A stretch of DNA of 64,000 nucleotides from an uncultured bacterium. Lineage in GTDB: Bacteria > Eisenbacteria > RBG-16-71-46 > CAIMUX01 > WJJG01. The notes below the pieces were generated by a model. It did not search any database and was not told the origin of the DNA. It worked only from the letters and a program-made list of their open reading frames with translations. The position numbers and the translations under genes were made by a program. Position 1 is the first letter of the stretch; the number at the start of each line of letters is the position of its first letter. The stretch spans positions 25,740 to 89,739 of the forward strand of contig CAYZWI010000007.1 of assembly GCA_964482205.1 (NCBI GenBank), read 5' to 3'. Positions 57,389-64,000 of this stretch are shown piece after piece.

Positions 57389-60004
57389 ATGCATCGCCTG
57401 GTCGCCGCCTGGATGATCGCTGTGTGCGCCTGGAGCGCGGCGCTGGGCGCAAGCCTCGCCGGCTCGGCCGCCCAAGCGCAGAGCGCCTGGCTGGGCATCT
57501 ACACCGAGCCCGTGTCCCAGGCGCCCGATTTCTCGGGGATCGCCGAGGTTCCCGCGCCTCTGCGAAGCGTGCGCGCGGGACTGCGCGTGACGGGCGTGTT
57601 TCCGGGATCCCCCGCGGACGAGGCCGGGCTGCTCGCCGGTGATTGGGTAGTCGCGCTCGCCGGCTCGCCGTTTGCCTGCCCGGCGGAAAGCCTCCAGGTC
57701 CTGCTGCGGCGGGAAGTCGCCAAGCGCAAGCCGGGCGATCCGCTGCCGTTCACCGTCGTTCGCGACGCCCAACGGCGCGATCTGCGGATCGACAACCGCA
57801 TGGCCTCTCCCGATGTCGAAGAGCGTTTTTGGAGCGCGCCCTCCGGGCTTCTCGACAGCTTGCCCCCGCCCGCGCGGGTGGAAGCGCGCGTGGAGAAGAA
57901 ACGCGCGCTGCTCGTCCTCTCCGTGACGCTCGGGGTGAGCCCGGAAGAACAATGGGGCTCGACCGGGCGCGATGCGGCGCTCTTTCCCGAACATCTCTTC
58001 CCCGAGAACGAGGCAGGCCCGGCGTTTCGCCTCTTGTCGCGCGCATACGGATTCGAGAACGACAACCTGGACCTTCTCGCGCGTCTGGCGGCCTGTCACG
58101 CGAGCATCGATCCGTATCGCAACGACTGGACGATCCAGGCCCACCGCAGTCCCTTCCGCTTCGAGAGCCTGGCGCGCCATGTCGCGGGCGCGATGTCCGC
58201 TGCGCGCTGCGCGCTCGACATCGTGCTGCGAGGCAGCCTGCTGCTCTCGCCCGCCCACCCTCTCAGCCTGCCCGCCAATCGCCGCCTGCCGCCCTTCCAG
58301 GGCGCCGACGACGAAGCGGTGCAAGCAGGCGGCGCGCCCGCGCGCCTCGCGGACGCGCACGCGGACGGCGCGGCCCTTACCCCCGCGCAGGTGGCCGCCC
58401 TTGCCGATGTGATCGGGCAAGCGCTCGAGGTCTTCGAGGAAGCGAAGGCGTGGCACGATCTCGCCTTTCGCGCGCTGACGCCCGAGGAGCGCGCCTTCCT
58501 TGCGCAGCGGCGCTGGGAGCTGCCGAAGGCCTTCGCCGAGGAGATCTATCTCCACCTCGATTCCGATGCGCGCCGCTTTCGAGACAACCGGCGGCTGATC
58601 GGAATCGCGGCGCTCGTCGATCAGGAAGCGCTCGGAGAGGCGGCCGCGCGCCTCGCCCTGCTCTGCGATCCCGCCTGGGCGCGAGCCGCGGGAGCACGCA
58701 TCCGGCAAGCGCTCGGAGACTCGGCGGACACCGAGATCATCCTCGATTACGCGAGCCCGCACGGGCGCTTTCTCATCGGGGGAACGGCGGGCCATTGGTA
58801 TCGCGAGCAGGATGTCGCCTTCCTGCTCGATCTCGGAGGCGACGATCTCTACACCGGCAACGCGGGCGCGGCCGCATCCTGGGAGCTGCCGCTCGCGGTG
58901 GCGATCGATCTCGAAGGCGATGACGCGTATGAGGCGACCGGCCCGGCCGCGCAAGGCAGCGGATGCCTCGGTGTGGGCGGGCTCGTCGATCTCGCGGGCG
59001 ATGATGAATATCTCGGCGTCGATTGGTGCCAGGGCACGGGCTACTTCGGCATCGGCTGGCTGCACGATCTCGCGGGCGACGATGTGTATCGCGGGCGCAG
59101 CTATTGCCAGGGCGTGGGGCTCTTCGGCCAGGGCACGCTGCTCGATTCCGCGGGCGACGATCGCTACGAGGCGCATTCGCACGCGCAGGCGCTCGGGCTG
59201 CCGCGCGGATTGGGAACGCTAGCGGACGCGGCGGGAGACGACGGCTTCTACGCGAAGGGGCTGCATCCCACCGGCTACGGCGATCCGGGGATCTTCGACT
59301 CCTGGTCGCAAGGTTGCGGGCTCGGATTTCGCACGCTCGCCTCGGGCGGTTTGGGGCTGCTCCTCGACGGCGGCGGACGAGATCGCATGGAAGCGGGCAA
59401 TTTCTCGCAGGGCGGCGGCTACTATTACGGATTCGGGCTGGTGCAAGCGTTGGGAGACGATCCGGATCTGTACATCGGCTCGCGCTACGATCAGGGCTTT
59501 TCCGCGCATCAAGCGATCGGCGCGTTCCTGGAAGAAGGAGGCGACGATCGTTACACCACGCGCCAAGGCGTTGCCCAAGGCCTCGCGTGGGACGAATGCG
59601 TGACGCTCTTCATCGATGCGGCGGGAAATGACCGCTACGAAGGGGGCGGCTTCTTCTCCCAAGGCGCGGCCGCCCACAACAGCATCACGCTCTTCTTCGA
59701 TCGCAGCGGAGACGATGAATACCGCTACGCGCCCGGCCCGGCGCGCGCGGGCGGCAACGAGTATCATGGCGGCACGAGCTTCGCGCTCTTCGTCGATGAG
59801 GGCGGCGGCCGCGACCGCTACCTCTCGTCCGCCAGATCGCCGGGCGGCGCGGGCGCCGAGGAAGCGGGCAACGACACGCTGCGGTACGAGCCTCAACACG
59901 GAGTCGCGATCGATCTCGCCGGCCGCTTCAGCGATTGGCTCGCCGATTTCTCGAAGAGCACGACAGAAGAAGGAGGTGGCCGCCCGGGCGATCCCATCCG
60001 GTGA
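57389..60004 (+). CDS. large secreted protein: signal peptide + PDZ domain + central helical region + about twelve 26-30-aa repeats with a D-x-x-G-D-D-x-Y core
   Basis: The signal peptide is MHRLVAAWMIAVCAWSAALGASLAGSAAQA. The PDZ domain is GLRVTGVFPGSPADEAGLLAGDWVVAL. The repeats are LDLGGDDLY, IDLEGDDAY, VDLAGDDEY, HDLAGDDVY, LDSAGDDRY, ADAAGDDGFY, LDGGGRDRM, LGDDPDLY, EEGGDDRYT, IDAAGNDRYE, FDRSGDDEYR and VDEGGGRDRY. AAGGAG lies 6 nt upstream of the ATG. Confidence 0.75.
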   Translation: MHRLVAAWMIAVCAWSAALGASLAGSAAQAQSAWLGIYTEPVSQAPDFSGIAEVPAPLRSVRAGLRVTGVFPGSPADEAGLLAGDWVVALAGSPFACPAESLQVLLRREVAKRKPGDPLPFTVVRDAQRRDLRIDNRMASPDVEERFWSAPSGLLDSLPPPARVEARVEKKRALLVLSVTLGVSPEEQWGSTGRDAALFPEHLFPENEAGPAFRLLSRAYGFENDNLDLLARLAACHASIDPYRNDWTIQAHRSPFRFESLARHVAGAMSAARCALDIVLRGSLLLSPAHPLSLPANRRLPPFQGADDEAVQAGGAPARLADAHADGAALTPAQVAALADVIGQALEVFEEAKAWHDLAFRALTPEERAFLAQRRWELPKAFAEEIYLHLDSDARRFRDNRRLIGIAALVDQEALGEAAARLALLCDPAWARAAGARIRQALGDSADTEIILDYASPHGRFLIGGTAGHWYREQDVAFLLDLGGDDLYTGNAGAAASWELPLAVAIDLEGDDAYEATGPAAQGSGCLGVGGLVDLAGDDEYLGVDWCQGTGYFGIGWLHDLAGDDVYRGRSYCQGVGLFGQGTLLDSAGDDRYEAHSHAQALGLPRGLGTLADAAGDDGFYAKGLHPTGYGDPGIFDSWSQGCGLGFRTLASGGLGLLLDGGGRDRMEAGNFSQGGGYYYGFGLVQALGDDPDLYIGSRYDQGFSAHQAIGAFLEEGGDDRYTTRQGVAQGLAWDECVTLFIDAAGNDRYEGGGFFSQGAAAHNSITLFFDRSGDDEYRYAPGPARAGGNEYHGGTSFALFVDEGGGRDRYLSSARSPGGAGAEEAGNDTLRYEPQHGVAIDLAGRFSDWLADFSKSTTEEGGGRPGDPIR

Positions 60005-60037
60005 TTGGCACCGGGCAAGCTGCAAGGCGGCTTGCAG
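59998..60037 (+). terminator. two adjacent GC-rich hairpins overlapping or following the stop codon of the PDZ-repeat gene (putative terminator)
   Basis: Hairpin 1 is CCGGTG-attgg-CACCGG at about 59998-60014. Hairpin 2 is CTGCAAG-gcgg-CTTGCAG at about 60020-60037. No U-tract follows. Confidence 0.3.
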
Positions 60038-60231
60038 TCTGCGTCGTCATCCGGCCGCTCGCGCCGCGCGCGGACAGCGCCGGCGTGCTTCCCTTCGCGG
60101 CGTCAGCGCGCGCGCCTTCAAGCGCTTCCCGCCCTTCGGCTGGAAACGGCCAGTCCTCATGATCCCCGGCACCCATCTTGCATCGGGTCCCATGGGTGAA
60201 CCCGCGCGAGCGGCACGGGTGAGGAGGACAT

Positions 60232-62091
60232 ATGCCGTCTCCCGAGAAGGGAGCTGCGAACATTGCGAAGCGGCGCGCCTGGTGGCGCAGGAGTGCCCCG
60301 GAACCGGGGCTCGCCCCTGCCCGCTTTCCATTGGGGGCCGCGTTCGGGCTCACCGCGACCTTGCTGGCGCTGGCGGTGGGCACGACCTGGCTGCTGCAAC
60401 GCGATGCGGCCCGGGAGACCCGGGCGCGCTCGATCTCGATCGCCCGTTCGGACGCCGAACTGATCGCGCAGGCGACCGCCGAAGCCGATGTGCTCGCCGA
60501 TCACGCGCGCCTGACGCGCATTCTCGAATGCACGGCGAGAAGCGGCGACATCACGGCCGGCGCGATTCTCGATCCCGCCGGCAAGGTGATCGCTCACACG
60601 GATGTCTCGCGGCTCGACCAGGTCGTTTCGCTTCCGCCGGCGGAAGATTTCGCCCGCAGCTCCCCGCCCGGGCTCTTCTCCGGCACAGGCGGTCAGGCGG
60701 TCGTGCAACCCGTGCTCGATGCCGACGGACTTCGCGGATTCGTCGTCCTGCGCCTCGCCGACCGTTCGCCGAAGCTCTTCGATCACGAGGCGCTGCGGAT
60801 TCTGCTCCCCGCCTTTCTGCTGCTGCTCGCCTTCGCCGGCGTGATTCTCGCAACCATTCGCTGGGCGGTGCGGCCGACCGCCGATTTCCTGGCGCGCCTG
60901 ACCTGCGCGATCGAGGCGGAGAGTCCGCCGGAGACCGCGGCGGCGCGCGAGGAGCCGCGGGAAGCGATCGACCGCGCGGTGCGTTGCGTGGACGCGCTGC
61001 AGCAGGAAAAGCGGGCCTTGCTGCTGCAGACCCGGCTGCTCGGCTATGAGAAGAAACGCTTCGCCGGAATTCTCGAGCACCTGCCCGATGGCCTGCTCGT
61101 GGCCGACGCCGCCGGCAAGCTCGCGTTCGTGAACCGCGCGGCCCTGCGCCTCATGCGCCTCGCGACGGATGGGCCGTCTCCCACGGGAACCGCCGAGTTG
61201 CCCGCCTCCTTTGCGCAAGCAATGAAGGAAGCGCGGCGGGTGGGCCAGGCGGAAGCGACCGGGCCGGACGACGGAGCGCGCATTCGCGTCACGCGGGTAC
61301 CGGTGAGCGCGCGCGAAGGCGAGCCCGAGGGCGACATCTTCCTCTTCCAGGACGATACCGCGCGCGAGGCGGCGCAACGCGCGCAGGCGGAGTTCCTCTC
61401 CCAGATCTCGCACGAGTTGAAGGCCCCGCTCAACACGATCGTCACCTATATCGAAGCGCTGGCCGAAGGCGAGGAGCTCGAGCCCGAAGAGCGCAAGAGC
61501 TACTTCAACACGCTGAACGAGGAAGCCCTGCGCATGGCGCGGCTGATCTCGAATCTCATGCAGCTGTCGCGCATCCAACTGGGCAACCTGTCGGCGAATT
61601 TCGGTTTCGTCAAGCCGGCGGGCCTGATCCTGCAGCAGACCGAAGCGCTGCGCGCGCAGGCCGAAGGGCGCGGGCAAGTGTTGGAAGCGCATGTCCCCGA
61701 AAATCTGCCTGCCCTGTATGGCGACAAGGACTTGCTCGGAGTGGCGCTCAGCAACTTGCTTTCGAACGCGCTCAAGTACACGCCGGCCGGCGGCCGCATC
61801 ACCGTGCGCGCGACGAGCGAGGATGCGGGCGTGCGAATCGAAATCGCCGACACCGGCATCGGCATTCCCGCCGACGAGCAGGAACGCGTCTTCGAGCGCT
61901 TTGCGCGCTCTCCCCAGCCCGAAGTGCAGGCGCAGGCGGGATCGGGGCTGGGCCTCGCGCTGGTGCGCGAGATCGCCGAAATCCACGAAGGCAACATTCG
62001 CCTCACGAGCGAGCTCGGCCGGGGCAGCGTCTTTCGTCTGTGGCTGCCCGTGCGTGAAGTGGGCACGCGCCTGGACCTGGCCGCGGCCTGA
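60232..62091 (+). CDS. sensor histidine kinase (two TM helices, periplasmic sensor, PAS-like region, HisKA + HATPase_c)
   Basis: The H-box is FLSQISHELKAPLNTI. The N-box is LSNALKYTP. The G-boxes are IADTGIGIP and GSGLGLALV. A GAGGAGG RBS is present. Confidence 0.85.
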   Translation: MPSPEKGAANIAKRRAWWRRSAPEPGLAPARFPLGAAFGLTATLLALAVGTTWLLQRDAARETRARSISIARSDAELIAQATAEADVLADHARLTRILECTARSGDITAGAILDPAGKVIAHTDVSRLDQVVSLPPAEDFARSSPPGLFSGTGGQAVVQPVLDADGLRGFVVLRLADRSPKLFDHEALRILLPAFLLLLAFAGVILATIRWAVRPTADFLARLTCAIEAESPPETAAAREEPREAIDRAVRCVDALQQEKRALLLQTRLLGYEKKRFAGILEHLPDGLLVADAAGKLAFVNRAALRLMRLATDGPSPTGTAELPASFAQAMKEARRVGQAEATGPDDGARIRVTRVPVSAREGEPEGDIFLFQDDTAREAAQRAQAEFLSQISHELKAPLNTIVTYIEALAEGEELEPEERKSYFNTLNEEALRMARLISNLMQLSRIQLGNLSANFGFVKPAGLILQQTEALRAQAEGRGQVLEAHVPENLPALYGDKDLLGVALSNLLSNALKYTPAGGRITVRATSEDAGVRIEIADTGIGIPADEQERVFERFARSPQPEVQAQAGSGLGLALVREIAEIHEGNIRLTSELGRGSVFRLWLPVREVGTRLDLAAA

Positions 62092-62150
62092 GCGAGGGAA
62101 ACCGGAAGCGCAACGAGACCGCGGGAGGGACACGACGGAGGGAAGAGATC

Positions 62151-62555
62151 ATGTCGGGCGAACGCGTCTTGATCGTGGACGACGACTCCAGCGTCTCGCG
62201 AGTGCTCGCGAGGATCTTCGAGCGGCACGGATACATCGCGACCACCGCACCGGACGGCGAATGGGCCTTGAGCCTGCTCGCCGAACAGAGCTTCGATGTG
62301 CTCATCTGCGACATCCAGATGCCGCGCATGAGCGGCCGTCAGCTCTGCGAGCGGATGGCCGCAGTCGGGCCCGAAATGCCCGCCTGCACGCTGATCGTCA
62401 CTTCGCGCTCCGAGCAGGAGGAACGCTCCTGGGTCGAAGCCTTCCCGGGCGTCGGACTGGTCGAGAAGCCGGTCGGTCCCAAGCAACTCCTGCGCATCGT
62501 GCGTGAGCGGCTCGCGACGCAGCCGTCCGCCGACCAACAGCGGAGGGCCGCATGA
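62151..62555 (+). CDS. single-domain response regulator (CheY-like receiver)
   Basis: Blocks are RVLIVDDD, DVLICDIQMPRMSG and LIVTS. Lys is present in the last block (VEKPVGPK). Confidence 0.85.
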   Translation: MSGERVLIVDDDSSVSRVLARIFERHGYIATTAPDGEWALSLLAEQSFDVLICDIQMPRMSGRQLCERMAAVGPEMPACTLIVTSRSEQEERSWVEAFPGVGLVEKPVGPKQLLRIVRERLATQPSADQQRRAA

Positions 62556-64000
62556 CGTCCAGCCACGGACCTGCGTTCCGGGCGTTCGTTTCCACGCAGT
62601 ACGCGGAATTCCTGCGCGATCTGGGCGCCGCGCTCGCAACCCCGCTCGCGATCCTGGACGCGGCCGGCATGGCCGTGTGCCGCCCGCCGGAGGAAGAGAT
62701 CCACCCGCAGCCGGCCCAGCGCCGTGCGGCGGGCCTCCCTCACACGCAGGCGATCAATGTCACCGCGCCGATCGTCTGCCACGGCGAGCGGCTGGGAAGT
62801 CTGGTCGCCTACGGCGCGCAGCCGGAACTGCAGGAAATGCTCGTGACGATGGCCGAGCAAATCGGCGAGCGCTTCCGTCTCGAGACCGATCTCGACCGGA
62901 TGACCGATCAACTCGCGCAATCGTACGACGAGATCAACCTGCTCTACGGATTCGCGCGCTTGCTGCGGCCGGAGGAGAGCTTCGGCGCCAACGCCAAGCT
63001 GCTGCTCGACGAGACCGCCGATCTGCTCGAGCACCGCCTGCTCGTGCTGCATCAGAGCGATCCTCCACTGATCGCCTGGTCGGCCGGACCGGGATTGCGC
63101 CTGGATGCCGCCCAGCATTGGGCGATGACGGCGGACGCGGCCGTCGCCGAATTCGAGCGCGCCGCCTCCGCCACCGATGCCGTGCCGGGCACCCGCCGGC
63201 CGGGCGCCCTGCAGACGCCCCACGGCACAGTCCACTATGTCGTCTGTCCCGTGCGGATGCAGGAACGCTTCGCCGGTTATGTGGGCGCGGTGCGCACCAC
63301 CTACGAGCCCTTCTTCGAGACCGGAGAGCTGCGCCTGATCGAATGCCTGGCGGCCGAGATGGGCAATGCCGCCGTCGCGCAACGGTTGAACCGCGAATTG
63401 CGCGATCTGCTCTTTCACACCGTGCGCAGCCTGGTGGCCGCCATCGACGCCAAGGACGAATACACCCGCGGGCATTCCGAGCGCGTCTTCCATCTCTCGC
63501 GCGCGCTCGGGCGGCGCCTGGGAATCTCGGCCGAGGACGAGCAGACTCTCTCGTGGGCGGCGCTGTTGCACGACATCGGCAAGATCGCGCTGCAGGGCGC
63601 GGTGCTCACGAAACCGGGGCGCTTGAGCGCGGAAGAGTTCGCCCTCGTGCGCGGGCATCCCGAGTGGGGTTGCCGCGTGCTCGACCCCATTCCTCAGCTG
63701 CGGGCGGTGCTCCCCGGCATCCGCCATCATCACGAGCGCCTCGACGGGCGGGGATACCCCGACGGCTTGCGCGGCGAGGAGATTCCCTTCATCGCGCGGA
63801 TCATTGCGGTGGCCGACGCCTACGACGCGATCACTTCCACCCGCTCGTATCACGAGGCGCGCTCCCAGGAGGAGGCGCTCGCGCGCATCTCGGCCGACGC
63901 GGGAACGCAGTTCGATCCGCAGGTCGTGGGCGCGCTGCTCGAGCTGGCCGCGGAAGGAACGCTGGCCGACATCCTCTCGCCTGCCGATACCGAGGATGCG
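62552..64000 (+). CDS. HD-GYP domain c-di-GMP phosphodiesterase with an N-terminal GAF-like sensor region (3' end beyond the window)
   Basis: The frame is open from the ATG overlapping the response-regulator stop (ATGA) to the window end. It contains HSERVF, LLHDIGKI and HHHERLDGRGYPDGL (the HD-GYP signature). The minus-strand ORF 62339..63853 is the antisense artefact. Confidence 0.8.
   Translation, partial: MTSSHGPAFRAFVSTQYAEFLRDLGAALATPLAILDAAGMAVCRPPEEEIHPQPAQRRAAGLPHTQAINVTAPIVCHGERLGSLVAYGAQPELQEMLVTMAEQIGERFRLETDLDRMTDQLAQSYDEINLLYGFARLLRPEESFGANAKLLLDETADLLEHRLLVLHQSDPPLIAWSAGPGLRLDAAQHWAMTADAAVAEFERAASATDAVPGTRRPGALQTPHGTVHYVVCPVRMQERFAGYVGAVRTTYEPFFETGELRLIECLAAEMGNAAVAQRLNRELRDLLFHTVRSLVAAIDAKDEYTRGHSERVFHLSRALGRRLGISAEDEQTLSWAALLHDIGKIALQGAVLTKPGRLSAEEFALVRGHPEWGCRVLDPIPQLRAVLPGIRHHHERLDGRGYPDGLRGEEIPFIARIIAVADAYDAITSTRSYHEARSQEEALARISADAGTQFDPQVVGALLELAAEGTLADILSPADTEDA

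Noticed and set aside
57269-59182. 637-aa minus-strand ORF antisense to the PDZ-repeat gene
   Set aside because: It has no signal peptide, RBS or motifs. The plus-strand gene has a signal peptide, PDZ domain and periodic repeats.
60157-63853. Minus-strand ORFs 60157..62133 and 62339..63853 opposite the histidine kinase and HD-GYP genes
   Set aside because: The plus-strand frames contain complete H/N/G boxes and the HD-GYP signature. The minus-strand frames are antisense artefacts.

Overview
High-GC (~70%) bacterial chromosomal window, densely coded on both strands; no rRNA, tRNA, CRISPR array or obvious mobile element was found. Most of it is core or housekeeping: a translationally coupled run maf-trmH-tilS-hpt-ftsH-folP-cdaA, tkt, pfkA, polB, rnhA, a lexA-dinB-DUF72 SOS operon with a Cheo-type LexA box, a TatT-associated TRAP transporter (dctPQM) and a GldA/GldF/GldG-like ABC module. 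The most unusual locus is a rearranged AmmeMemoRadiSam system at 3934-7905: MEMO-like protein B fused to AMMECR1 protein A, an inserted DUF362 protein, and the radical SAM partner, with twin-arginine (Tat)-type signals on the DUF362 and radical SAM proteins. Other features worth a second look are a PurM/HypE-like + membrane spermidine-synthase-like + SAM-methyltransferase operon, a KaiC-like ATPase/receiver/degenerate-GGDEF protein, a large secreted PDZ protein with about twelve 'DxxGDDxY' repeats, an orphan DNA methyltransferase, and a ~70-nt polypurine tract. The T9SS-type C-terminal sorting domain, the gldAFG-like genes, Tat signals and GC content are compatible with a Gemmatimonadota-like or related FCB-group lineage (inference only). 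The ORF track uses GTG/TTG as well as ATG starts, and very many long ORFs here are antisense or overlapping GC artefacts. Start codons were chosen by domain boundaries and RBS-like motifs and several remain uncertain.
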